64,000 bases of DNA from Opitutaceae bacterium (GTDB lineage: Bacteria; Verrucomicrobiota; Verrucomicrobiia; Opitutales; Opitutaceae): assembly GCA_050300215.1 (NCBI GenBank), contig JBNKXG010000001.1:276627-340626 (forward strand), written 5' to 3'. Below are positions 1 to 8,983 of this stretch, one piece after another (position 1 is the stretch's first letter; every line of letters begins with the position of its first letter). The notes under the pieces are model-generated. The model had not been told where the DNA came from. It searched no databases and was given only the letters and a program-made list of their open reading frames with translations. Made by a program: the position numbers and the translations under genes.

Positions 1-435
1 GAGGTGAAGGTTGATGACGTCGACTTCGACTTCGTCCACGAGGAAGCAGGCCTCTAGAAAGCCTTTTTCGCCCAGCTCTCTGGAGCCGAAGGATTCCACT
101 TTCCAGTCCTTGACTGGGAATTTCGAGAGGAACGCGTTGCCGTAGGCGAGAGGTTTGCGGCCGAGGCGGCGGTTGTGGATGCCGTGAATCGAATGGGGAT
201 AGTCGGTGGCGGACTGCAGGTAATCCAGGAGGTTGATGTGTTGGTTCCAGTGGGAGGAGGCGTCGATTTCCTGGAGGGCCACGATGTCCGGCTGCAGTTC
301 GCGGATGATATGGGCGATGCGGTCGAGGTTTTTGGAAATCCTTCTGGCGCTGCTGAAGCCTTGGTAGAGCGAGAGACCGCGCCCGTGGGCGATGTTGAAG
401 GTCATCAATTTTATCTCTCGTGTAGGAATAGGCAT
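1..435 (-). CDS. Endonuclease/exonuclease/phosphatase (EEP) family protein, partial (C-terminus lies beyond the window edge)
   Basis: Hand translation of the minus strand from ATG at 435 (alternative ATG at 405) gives MPIPTREIKLMTFNIAHGRGLSLYQGFSSARRISKNLDRIAHIIRELQPDIVALQEIDASSHW...GNAFLSKFPV. The frame stays open to position 1, so it is absent from the ORF track. The listed 175..441 + ORF is its antisense shadow. Confidence 0.7.
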   Translation of the reverse strand, partial: MPIPTREIKLMTFNIAHGRGLSLYQGFSSARRISKNLDRIAHIIRELQPDIVALQEIDASSHWNQHINLLDYLQSATDYPHSIHGIHNRRLGRKPLAYGNAFLSKFPVKDWKVESFGSRELGEKGFLEACFLVDEVEVDVINLHL

Positions 436-553
436 CTGTAGTTTTCTTAACGCTATAGCTAAGCTATCGAATTCTGCGAACAACGAAAGCTCCGGTACGT
501 CCTTTATCGGTAAGTTTAAGCGAAGGCCTGAAATTTTGTAACTGAGACGAACC

Positions 554-3001
554 GTGAACCCATTTGGCGATCTAGACATACACCTCAAGATTCCTGACCT
601 CTGGCAGCAAGACGCCTTGCACCGGATCAAGGCGGGAGAGGATGTGGTAGTCAATGCTCCTACGGGAGCGGGCAAAACTTATCTGGTCGAACTGATCGCG
701 GAATCCTATCGCCATGGGCAAATCGTGTTGGCGGTGCCGACGCGCGCTCTTGCGAACGACAAGCTGCGAGAGTTTCGGGCCAAGGGCTGGCGCGTGGGAA
801 TCGTGACGGGCGATGTGGCGATCGATCCCGAGGCTCCAGTTGTGGTGGCGACTTTGGAGACCCAGAAGCCGCGTTTTCTGCATGGAAAGGGGCCACGCCT
901 TTTCGTGATCGACGAGTATCAAATGATCGGAGACGCAGTTCGAGGAGTAAACTATGAGCTTTGCGTTGCCCTTGCCCCTGCGCAAACGCAGCTTCTGCTT
1001 CTCAGCGGCAGCGTATCCAATCCTCAAGACATCGTGGACTGGCTGAGGCGTTTAGGGCGTAGCGCTCATTTGATTTCGGTGAATACGCGTCCGGTTCCCC
1101 TGGAGGAGATCAATCTCGATGCGCTTTCTTTCAATCCTCCTCGTAGCGTGACCGGCTTTTGGCCGCGCTTGCTGGCACGGGCCTTGATGGCCGATCTCGG
1201 GCCGATTCTGGTTTTCGCTCCGCAGCGAAAGGGGGCGGAGTCGCTGGCCCGTCAATTGGCGGCCGCCTTGCCGATCGAGAATACCTTGGCCTTGAGTCCG
1301 GCCCAGAAGCGGCTGGCGGGCGGGACTTTGGAGAAGCTGCTCAATAAACGAGTCGCCTACCATCACAGCGGACTGAGTTACCAGCAACGTGCGGGGCTGG
1401 TCGAGCCGCTGGCGAAGGCTGGGCAGCTGCGTATTGTGGTTTCCACTACTGGCCTCGCGGCAGGGGTGAATTTTTCGATGCGTTCGGTCCTCGTGACCGA
1501 GTCGCAATTTACGCTGGGCAATATCCAGCAGTTGATTCGCCCGGACGAGCTTTTGCAGATGTTTGGCAGGGCGGGGCGGCGTGGGTTCGATACGGTTGGT
1601 TATGCCTTGGTGGCTCCGGATCGTCCGCGTTTGAGAGAGGGAAAGGCGCGGCCTGTGCGTCGGCCGAAATTGCTCGATTGGCCGAGCTTGATCGGGATTC
1701 TCGACGTGGCTGCCCAGCGCGGGGTGGAGGCGTTTCCGGAAGTGGTGCAGGCGTGCGGTAGGCTGTTTGGCGAAACGTCTGCGACAGTTGGAGCCGAGCA
1801 TAGTATCCAGTTTCCCGATATGCCGTGTGGTTTGATGGTCGATGCGGAGCGCGCTCGTCATGCGACTGCCAATAGCGAAGAGATCCTCAATTCCCAAGGC
1901 GTCTGGGAGCCGCGGAATCAAAAGGTGAAGGCGAAGTGGAAGTACGCGTTCGTGAGAGAGGGCGAAGATCTGTTTCCTGCTCTTTCTCGAGCTTCAGTGC
2001 TTCAGGACCTCGGTGGCGGCAAAGCCCAGCGGATAGGCGATGTTTTTGGAAAGAAGCGATTGGTCGGATTTATCGACAAGAAGAAAAAGGGGATCGTGCA
2101 GCTTGCGGGCTGGCTTCTGGTGGAGTTTGAGAAACAAGGGGTTAAGGTTTCGAAGCGGCAAGCTATCGATACGCTCCGCGAGCTGCCTTGGAGTCGGTTG
2201 CCCGACTGTGGCGAGTTTGTGGATACGAAGCGCGAGGGTTTTCGCCTGCTCGGTACCTTCGACTATGCGGAAGTCATCGCTGAGTTTGACCAAGATGTAT
2301 GGGGCGTCTTTTTGCATTCTCCGGAAACGCGTCGGGCGTATCCGATAGAATGCCAGAGCTGTTCGCAGCGATCTGTTTGCGAAGGGGAGCTGAGCCCTTC
2401 GCGCAGTCCCGCTCTTGCCTGGAGGCAGCTCGGATTGATCGACGAACGCGGACGCCCGAGTCTTAGGGGGCGCATTTTCAGCTTGTTCCAAGGCGGGGAA
2501 GGGCTCGCGATTGCCGCCGCTTTGGAAGATGAAGCTTATGCGGTGGACGCGATTGCGAGGGATATTGCGAATCTGCGGGCGGGCTATCGCTTCGACGATT
2601 TTTCGCAATACAGTCACCGCCTTTCCAGGGCGTGTCGGGTCGCGTATCAGGATCGTACTTACGACGGCTATCTTCAGCACGGCTTGCCGCCGCAATACGG
2701 TGACGGAGCGGCGGAAGTGATTGCCCAATGGGCAGATTCTGCGGGCAAGGGCAGGCGTTTATTGGACGAGAACCTGAAGTTTGGCGACGTGCAGCGGGCT
2801 CGTCAGGAGTGGTTGAGTTTGCTGCGGCATATCGCGAATGCTCCGGCTCTCGAAAATGAGCGGTGGCAGGAGTTGCAGGCTTGCGCTCAGACGATCCTCG
2901 AAGTCGACGATCAGCGTTTGCTGGTGGATGACCTTCCGCCTCTCGAACCCGCTCAGCTGGGTCGAATCGAGCATCGGCTGCGGTTTCCTCGCAAGTGGTG
3001 A
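554..3001 (+). CDS. Superfamily-2 DEAD/DEAH-box (Ski2/Lhr-like) helicase, 815 aa
   Basis: Carries Walker A APTGAGKT, DEYQ box, and helicase-C motifs VAYHHSGL and QMFGRAGRRG. GTG start. The long C-terminal extension contains a small Cys cluster (ECQSCSQRSVC). Confidence 0.85.
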   Translation: MNPFGDLDIHLKIPDLWQQDALHRIKAGEDVVVNAPTGAGKTYLVELIAESYRHGQIVLAVPTRALANDKLREFRAKGWRVGIVTGDVAIDPEAPVVVATLETQKPRFLHGKGPRLFVIDEYQMIGDAVRGVNYELCVALAPAQTQLLLLSGSVSNPQDIVDWLRRLGRSAHLISVNTRPVPLEEINLDALSFNPPRSVTGFWPRLLARALMADLGPILVFAPQRKGAESLARQLAAALPIENTLALSPAQKRLAGGTLEKLLNKRVAYHHSGLSYQQRAGLVEPLAKAGQLRIVVSTTGLAAGVNFSMRSVLVTESQFTLGNIQQLIRPDELLQMFGRAGRRGFDTVGYALVAPDRPRLREGKARPVRRPKLLDWPSLIGILDVAAQRGVEAFPEVVQACGRLFGETSATVGAEHSIQFPDMPCGLMVDAERARHATANSEEILNSQGVWEPRNQKVKAKWKYAFVREGEDLFPALSRASVLQDLGGGKAQRIGDVFGKKRLVGFIDKKKKGIVQLAGWLLVEFEKQGVKVSKRQAIDTLRELPWSRLPDCGEFVDTKREGFRLLGTFDYAEVIAEFDQDVWGVFLHSPETRRAYPIECQSCSQRSVCEGELSPSRSPALAWRQLGLIDERGRPSLRGRIFSLFQGGEGLAIAAALEDEAYAVDAIARDIANLRAGYRFDDFSQYSHRLSRACRVAYQDRTYDGYLQHGLPPQYGDGAAEVIAQWADSAGKGRRLLDENLKFGDVQRARQEWLSLLRHIANAPALENERWQELQACAQTILEVDDQRLLVDDLPPLEPAQLGRIEHRLRFPRKW

Positions 3002-3023
3002 GGATGCGGGAGCGTGCTTGTCT

Positions 3024-3467
3024 TTAAAGGGCTTCTATTTCCCAGGTCCATTTGCCGGATTCGGGAAAACTGAGCCAGGCGAAGCTGGCGGCGCTGCCGT
3101 TTCGCGGGCCGGTGACCGCTCCGGGATTGAGGGCTCTTAGGCCGTGGTCGCAATCGTCGAGAGGCTGGTGGAGGTGCCCGTAGAGAATGGCGGTTGTGTT
3201 TTCCAGGTATCCGTGGGGCGGCAAGTGTTGGAGGCGAAAGGTGAAGCCTTCTCGCTCGAGGTCTCTTGTTTCGGGCCAAGTGCCGCGTGGATCGCAATTG
3301 CCCTTTACCACGAGCAAGGGCCGCCCGAGGTTTTGGATGGGAATGAGGATGTCGGGGCGAGTGACGTCGCCCAGATGCCAGATTTCGTCAGCTGATCCTA
3401 TGCATTCGAGCAGGCGATCCGGTACTGTGCCGTGCGTATCGGAGATGACTGCTATCTTGCGAGGCAT
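3024..3467 (-). CDS. YfcE/MJ0936-type metallophosphoesterase
   Basis: Calcineurin-like phosphoesterase motifs IAVISDTHG, WHLGDV, VKGNCD and YGHLH in a 147-aa protein. Confidence 0.85.
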   Translation of the reverse strand: MPRKIAVISDTHGTVPDRLLECIGSADEIWHLGDVTRPDILIPIQNLGRPLLVVKGNCDPRGTWPETRDLEREGFTFRLQHLPPHGYLENTTAILYGHLHQPLDDCDHGLRALNPGAVTGPRNGSAASFAWLSFPESGKWTWEIEAL

Positions 3468-3477
3468 GAGCTAGGAT

Positions 3478-4461
3478 TTATTCCGCTCTCAGACCGTTTG
3501 GCAACGTTTCCGCCTCTGGAATCGCCAGGCTTTCCTTTTTGTAGATGAGGTAAGCGAAGAGGGAGACAAATGCGAGGAGTACGATGCTAACCCAGTAGCC
3601 GTCGGCGACGTTCGTGGTGCCGCTGAAGCTGCTGGCTCGCTCGGTGGTCGTGAAGGCTCCGCCAAAGAGCTTGATGGTGAAGACCCAGCCCGCGTGGATG
3701 GCGATGTTTGCCCAGAGATTGTTGCTAAGCAGGAATATTTGGTGGAGCACGACGCCGACGAGGAAGATTGCGAGAATGTACTTCAGGTCGAATTCGGTGA
3801 ATACAGCGATTGCGGTGCTGCCTGCTATCCTAGCGGCTTCGGCGACTCCGATGTCGGAGGGGGCCATGCTTCCGAGCGAAACTTCCGGTGTCCTGAAGTG
3901 CAGCGCGGCGAAGAAGAGGGAAGATAGCAGAATCGCTGCGACCGGTTGCAACGCGGTGTAGAACATTCTGAATACAAGTCCGCGGAAGACGATTTCTTCT
4001 AGCGTTCCGATCAGGAGAGCCGCGATGATAGAGTCGACGATCTTGGACGTGATGATGTCGTTATCCCAAGAGAAGGAGAATGCTCCGGTGACGGTGTTGT
4101 AGCCGTAGATGATGAATATCATGGCAATGCCGCTTACGAACCAAGTGATGGAGGTCGAAGCGACCGGCCGGGAAAAGCCGATGGCTTTCCAACTGGTGAT
4201 ACGGCACTGTATAAACAGGTAGGGTAGAATTAATAAAACGCTTACCCAACGAGCTCGGTCGAAGAATCTTGGATACGGCTGGTTCGCGAGGTAGCTGTTC
4301 GCGTCCGGATCGAAGTAATGGGTCAGCTTGAACGCGATCAGGCTGAGAATCGCTCCTGCTACGAGGCTTCCGAAATAGAGGAGGCTGAGCAGCCAGATTC
4401 CTTTGAGCGAACTTTGCTCTGGCCTGAGGCCGTAGAGCAGGTGTTTCGGGTCGCGCTTCAT
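3478..4461 (-). CDS. CPBP family intramembrane glutamic endopeptidase (CAAX protease-like)
   Basis: Polytopic membrane protein with the CPBP motifs LEEIVFRG, FFAALHF and IHAGWV. Confidence 0.8.
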   Translation of the reverse strand: MKRDPKHLLYGLRPEQSSLKGIWLLSLLYFGSLVAGAILSLIAFKLTHYFDPDANSYLANQPYPRFFDRARWVSVLLILPYLFIQCRITSWKAIGFSRPVASTSITWFVSGIAMIFIIYGYNTVTGAFSFSWDNDIITSKIVDSIIAALLIGTLEEIVFRGLVFRMFYTALQPVAAILLSSLFFAALHFRTPEVSLGSMAPSDIGVAEAARIAGSTAIAVFTEFDLKYILAIFLVGVVLHQIFLLSNNLWANIAIHAGWVFTIKLFGGAFTTTERASSFSGTTNVADGYWVSIVLLAFVSLFAYLIYKKESLAIPEAETLPNGLRAE

Positions 4462-4706
4462 TGAGTCTCGAACTCTCCGCCGTCGAGGCGTTTCAAGACT
4501 TTAAAACCGGCAGCCTTGGCGTTGCTGACCGATGGTTTGACGTTAATTTTCATCTGAGGAGCTGTGAGCGTTGGACAAAGTTCGATGTCCTGCCCGCATT
4601 TCGGGCATTCCGCAGGAGGTTTGTCATGCGAGGCGATGTGGAGTTCCACTTCGCCTCGGCAAAGCTTGCAGCGGCCGGACTGGGGTCTGAAACGCAGCAG
4701 AGGCAT
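4458..4706 (-). CDS. Small zinc-ribbon protein (FmdB-like CxxC...CxxC)
   Basis: 82-aa protein with CKLC ... CPKCG. Its stop overlaps the CPBP start by 4 nt (ATGA), which suggests translational coupling. Confidence 0.6.
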   Translation of the reverse strand: MPLLRFRPQSGRCKLCRGEVELHIASHDKPPAECPKCGQDIELCPTLTAPQMKINVKPSVSNAKAAGFKVLKRLDGGEFETQ

Positions 4707-4719
4707 TGTTGATTGCGTG

Positions 4720-6357
4720 CTAGTTGGTCGGTTGAACCAATCCGAGGCGGAGCTGTTCTTGGAGCGTGAGCGTACGGATATATTGGTCGGCTGCGAACTG
4801 GTTGGACAGGTTCTTGAGCGATTGCTCGACCTGCGTGTACTGAGGGTCGCTTTTGTCCACTTCGGGTACGACCTTGGAGACTACGTAAATGTAGACGCCT
4901 TGGTTGTCGCCGTTGAGGCGAACGAAGTCCGATACTTGACCGGCCTCGAGTTCGAGCAAGGAGGAGAGGGTGCGGCGGTCGAGCCCTTCCGCTGGTTCGC
5001 TTAGGCTGAAGTCGCTGTAGGACTTTACGCTGAGGCCTGCTTCTTCCGCTACGGTGCCGAATGTCTCTTCGCTGGTGGCGGCGGCCTCGAGTTTAGCCTT
5101 CAATTCGAGGGCGTAGGCCGAGCGGGCTTCGCGGTACTTTTCGGCACGAACGTCTGCGGCGATGCGCTTGCTGAGCGTTTCGAAGCTTGGGACGGTTGGC
5201 GGGATGGCCTTGTCGAAGAAGAGGATGATCGTCTTGTTTCCCTGCTGCAAGGGCTCCGAGTAGTAGCGACCTTCGGTGAGCTGGAATGCTTCGTTGACGA
5301 TGTCACGGCCCCATGTCGTGCCGATTGGTGTTTCGTTAGCGGCGAAGGAGGAAGCGGTTTTGACCTCGAGGTTCATGGCTGCGATGGCGGCTTTGAGGCC
5401 TTCGGACTCGCGGGAGAAATCGTTTTCGTGAATGGATACGACGAGGTCGTAGGCGCGCTCGGCTGCTACGTCGCGGGCTTTTTCGAGGCGATAGTCCTGG
5501 CGTACGGCGAGGCGAGCTTGCTCGAAGGTGACGGGGGCGGCTGGCTCCGCTTCGGGGTCTTCGGCTGGCGCGGGCTGGTAGCGGTCGCTATTGGCATCGA
5601 AGTAAGTGATGAGCTCGTCTTCGCTTGGCTTGATTTCATCGACGAAGTCGGCGGCATCGATCTCTACGTAGTCGACCACGCGGCGCTCTGGAGTTTGGTA
5701 GGTGAAGCTGAAGTCTTTGTAGTGCTTCTGAAGCATCTCGTCGGTGATCTCGATTTCAGGGGTGTAGGTATTGAGATCGATTTCGGCTACCATGACGGAC
5801 CACTTGGCGAGTCGTTGGCTGAGGCTGTCGAGGATTTCGGATTCGTTCACGAAGCCGGCTCCGCGCAGTACGGTGTAAACCTTGGCGATGCGGTAGTCGT
5901 CCACGAGGACGCGGTGCAAGTCGTTCTTGTTCGCGAAGCTGCCCATGCTGAGACTGTCGAGAATCATGTTGTAGGCTTGCGGATCGAATTCGCCGAGCTG
6001 GTTTTGGAAGGCTGGCAGGCTCTTGATGAACTCGAGCAATTCCTCCTCGGTAGGTTCCGGAACCAAGTTCTGGTTCGCGATATGAAGGGCGGTGATGCGT
6101 TCGTAGGGGAGGTCTTTGCTGGCGCGTTGGTTGCGACTGAGCGAGACGCTAAGCTGCGCGTCGCGCTGAATCTGAGCGCGGGCCGCTTCGGTGTTCATTG
6201 GCGCTTCGTAGAAGAACATTTCGGCTGTTCTCTCCTTTTTCCCGCCCCAAGGACCCTGGTTGCCGATCTGCACGATGAATGCGATGATGAGTACGGCAAA
6301 GATGATGAATACGAGAAGCAGGTGCTTCTGGAGTTTGTTTTGTAGCCAGGAAATCAT
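4720..6357 (-). CDS. PpiD-like periplasmic chaperone (SurA N-terminal domain protein)
   Basis: The N-terminus MISWLQNKLQKHLLLVFIIFAVLIIAF (cytoplasmic tail plus a single TM) is typical of PpiD. It is followed by a long soluble chaperone-like region. I did not recognise a clear parvulin motif. Confidence 0.7.
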   Translation of the reverse strand: MISWLQNKLQKHLLLVFIIFAVLIIAFIVQIGNQGPWGGKKERTAEMFFYEAPMNTEAARAQIQRDAQLSVSLSRNQRASKDLPYERITALHIANQNLVPEPTEEELLEFIKSLPAFQNQLGEFDPQAYNMILDSLSMGSFANKNDLHRVLVDDYRIAKVYTVLRGAGFVNESEILDSLSQRLAKWSVMVAEIDLNTYTPEIEITDEMLQKHYKDFSFTYQTPERRVVDYVEIDAADFVDEIKPSEDELITYFDANSDRYQPAPAEDPEAEPAAPVTFEQARLAVRQDYRLEKARDVAAERAYDLVVSIHENDFSRESEGLKAAIAAMNLEVKTASSFAANETPIGTTWGRDIVNEAFQLTEGRYYSEPLQQGNKTIILFFDKAIPPTVPSFETLSKRIAADVRAEKYREARSAYALELKAKLEAAATSEETFGTVAEEAGLSVKSYSDFSLSEPAEGLDRRTLSSLLELEAGQVSDFVRLNGDNQGVYIYVVSKVVPEVDKSDPQYTQVEQSLKNLSNQFAADQYIRTLTLQEQLRLGLVQPTN

Positions 6358-6490
6358 AAGGGGATACGCAATTAAAGGCGGCTAAACTAGGCTAGGCGCC
6401 TAAGCTGTCAATGGGCAAAACAGCCCTCTAAAAAGGGATGCTCTGGCGGTTGTTCGGGGAGGGGGCGTCGGTTTTCAGCCCTGGGGATCG

Positions 6491-7921
6491 CTAAAGAGCT
6501 TCCTCGACCGTGAAAGCGTCGAGCGCTTCTGCCAGAGTGACTTGTTTGAAGCTAGATCTTCGGGCTTCTTCGATGAGCTGGTGGTAGCGGTGCACGAGGG
6601 GGTCGCGAGCGTCGAACAGGTTGTCGTCGGGGTTTGATCCGTAGGACTCGAAGCTCTTCTTGAATTCGAGCAGGGCAATCTTCTCCAGCGGGCGCGCGGG
6701 CTGGTAGCGATAGGCGTTGTAGGTGTCTTTCTCCTTTGCGGGGAGAGAGGAGGCGAGGCCGAGCTCGGCGAGTCGATTGAGGGCAGCTCCAGCCAAGGGG
6801 CGCGGCAGGTTGTTTCGCTGGGCGAGTTCGGTGCTCGAGTAGGCTTCGCCGCAATCGCGGAAGCGGCGGCTGATTTGGGCGAGCAGAAGCAGACAGAGGC
6901 TTTCTTGGGAAGCTTGGCTTAGCTCGTCCCAAGCCACTTTTCCGCTCTTGAAGCGGGCGTTTTGCACGGCGAAGGAAAGTCGCCCGCCCAGCAGCAAGCA
7001 TATCCAGAACGTGAAGAGTCCGATCATCAGGACCGGCAGAATGCTCAGGGAACCGTACAAGGTGCGCTGCATGGCCACTCGCTCCACGTAGAGGAAGGCG
7101 AAGGCGTTGTTTACGGCGAAGCAGCCTACGGAGAAAAGTCCGCCGACAAACGCTGCCTTCCACTCGACTTGGGTGTTGGGAATGAAGCGGTAGAAGACGG
7201 CGAGCAGGGAGGAGAGGGCGAGGAAGCTGCCGCACTTGACGCCGTAGGTGGATAGCCAGCCGTTTACGGTATCGGATCCGGGAATGCCTTCGGTCAGGGC
7301 GATGAACTGGTTGTTGAGCTCGATCAATTTCGAGACGGCGAGAGCGAGGCCTGCGAAAACGAGCACGGTGCCCAGGGTAATGACGGTCCAATAGAGGATG
7401 ATGCGGGTGATCAGTTTTCGACCTTTGGAAACGCCCCAAATATCGTTGAAAGCATCTTCGATGGTGATGAACAGCTGAATGACGATCATGCCCAGCATGA
7501 GGACGCCTCCTACGCCGACTGCTCCCGATTGGCTGGCTCCGATAAAGTCGGAAATGAGGTCGCTAAGGCTGCTTTCGTCGCTCGCCGCTTCGTTTTCGGT
7601 TAGGCTGACTTGCGGGGCGATATAGGACACGATGCGCTCGATCGTGTCGTGGGCCATGTCGGGCTCGGCCTGGTTTAGGACAAATCCGGATACGAGCACC
7701 GCGAGGGCGATCATGGGGCCGAGCCCGAGAAGGGAGCTGAAGCTGAGAGCGGCGGCTCGGGCGAGGAGCCGATTTTCCTTTAAGCCGGAAAACGTGATCG
7801 CGATCACGCGGCCGATGGCGAAGGCCGCGCTTTTCCGTTTGGAAAAAGCGCCGTCGTGTTTCCACATCTCCTTTTGCAGTATCCTGCCCTTGGATACTAG
7901 TTCTTGAAGACGTGGGTTCAT
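6491..7921 (-). CDS. YihY/BrkB family membrane protein with a C-terminal winged-helix (Rrf2-like) extension
   Basis: The core starts ...LLARAAALSFSSLLGLGP and has multiple TM segments. The C-terminal ~130 aa resembles an Rrf2-type wHTH (SLCLLLLAQISRRF...YSSTELAQRNNLPRPLAGAALNRLAELGL...YRYQPARPLEKIALLEF). The start could be the internal Met at 7867. Confidence 0.8.
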   Translation of the reverse strand: MNPRLQELVSKGRILQKEMWKHDGAFSKRKSAAFAIGRVIAITFSGLKENRLLARAAALSFSSLLGLGPMIALAVLVSGFVLNQAEPDMAHDTIERIVSYIAPQVSLTENEAASDESSLSDLISDFIGASQSGAVGVGGVLMLGMIVIQLFITIEDAFNDIWGVSKGRKLITRIILYWTVITLGTVLVFAGLALAVSKLIELNNQFIALTEGIPGSDTVNGWLSTYGVKCGSFLALSSLLAVFYRFIPNTQVEWKAAFVGGLFSVGCFAVNNAFAFLYVERVAMQRTLYGSLSILPVLMIGLFTFWICLLLGGRLSFAVQNARFKSGKVAWDELSQASQESLCLLLLAQISRRFRDCGEAYSSTELAQRNNLPRPLAGAALNRLAELGLASSLPAKEKDTYNAYRYQPARPLEKIALLEFKKSFESYGSNPDDNLFDARDPLVHRYHQLIEEARRSSFKQVTLAEALDAFTVEEAL

Positions 7922-7969
7922 TTTCGAGTGGAGACCTGGCTGGCCGTTTGGAAGCCGCTTGTTCTCGCT

Positions 7970-8908
7970 TTAGCCGAAGAAGGCGTAGGCGTAGCCAAGT
8001 ATGCCGAGTATGCCAGCCGCTCCGCATGCGATGAGGAAGCGGATTTTTATGATGGCGCTGCTAAAGTAGATGGCTGCCATCAAGAGCAAATTGCTGATAA
8101 GCAAGACGGTATCGCCGCTGGAGTAAAAGAGCATGGAAAGCAGTCCGGCCCCGATGGCTGCTCTGAATCGAAGAAGTGGATACACTTCGGTGACCTGTAG
8201 CAGGAGGGTGACGGTCACGATCAAGTCGAACGCAGCGATGATCAAGAAAGGGCTTTTCGCCATCGCGATGGCGTCCGCGGTCAGGACGAGGTCCTTCTCG
8301 ATGTAGGCCATGGCCAGGATCGAGCTAATAAAGAAGAGGGTAAGGAAGCGGAGTCCGAAGAAGGCGACCGCCGCCTGTTTTTCGCGGGGAGATTTTCCGC
8401 TTGGATCGTCGGCTCGGCCTTCTGCGAGCGCGAGCATCTTGGTGACTTCGAGCTTTTCGCGTTTTTCCGGGGCATCCTCTTTGCCCTTCTTCTTGGAATC
8501 GGCCTCTTCTTCGTCGACTTGCTCCTCTGTTGCGGTGTCTTCTGCCGCTTGATCGTCGTCGCTCGCTGCGTCTGCCTCTTGGCCGTCTTCGTCTGGAGCT
8601 GCGTTTTCTTTGGCTTCAGCTTCGGCGGCCGCTTTGGCCGCTGCGGCTTTGGCGGCTTCCTCTGCTTCGAGGCGTTTCTTTTCCGCTTCCGATTCTTCGG
8701 TGCGCAGGGTGAGCTTCCGCTTCTTGGGGAAAAGGGTGTCCATCAGCTCCTGGTTGGAGGAAATGGGAAGCCATGACTCGGTTTCGATGTCGTAGAAGTA
8801 GGCGCTGGCATCCAGTTTGTTCGCCTCGATCAATGATGATATTTGATCGATGTCGAACGGGCCGCTCGCATCTTCATCGCCTTCGCGTCGGATATAGTAT
8901 TCTCTCAT
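7970..8908 (-). CDS. GYF_2 (DUF4339)-like domain membrane protein with an acidic/Ala-rich linker
   Basis: N-terminus MREYYIRREGDEDASGPFDIDQISSLIEANKLDASAYFYD. This is followed by an E/A/D-rich low-complexity stretch and about 4 C-terminal TM helices. Confidence 0.6.
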   Translation of the reverse strand: MREYYIRREGDEDASGPFDIDQISSLIEANKLDASAYFYDIETESWLPISSNQELMDTLFPKKRKLTLRTEESEAEKKRLEAEEAAKAAAAKAAAEAEAKENAAPDEDGQEADAASDDDQAAEDTATEEQVDEEEADSKKKGKEDAPEKREKLEVTKMLALAEGRADDPSGKSPREKQAAVAFFGLRFLTLFFISSILAMAYIEKDLVLTADAIAMAKSPFLIIAAFDLIVTVTLLLQVTEVYPLLRFRAAIGAGLLSMLFYSSGDTVLLISNLLLMAAIYFSSAIIKIRFLIACGAAGILGILGYAYAFFG

Positions 8909-8983
8909 GGGCTAGGGAAGTAGCCCAATGAGACACTTGTAGCAGGTACTTTGTCAAGGCGCGGGAAGCGTCCGAACCTTCTA

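Noticed and set aside
175-441. 88-aa plus-strand ORF at the left edge.
   Set aside because: It is the antisense shadow of the EEP-family gene, which reads cleanly on the minus strand to the window edge. It has no motifs.
455-467. Small palindrome ATAGCT-a-AGCTAT between the EEP gene and the helicase gene.
   Set aside because: With only 6-bp arms it is expected by chance at this scale, and I saw no second copy.
8519-8776. Plus- and minus-strand ORFs with Ala/Ser/Arg-rich repeats inside the GYF-domain gene.
   Set aside because: They are alternative-frame readings of the acidic/Ala-rich low-complexity linker of the 312-aa minus-strand protein.
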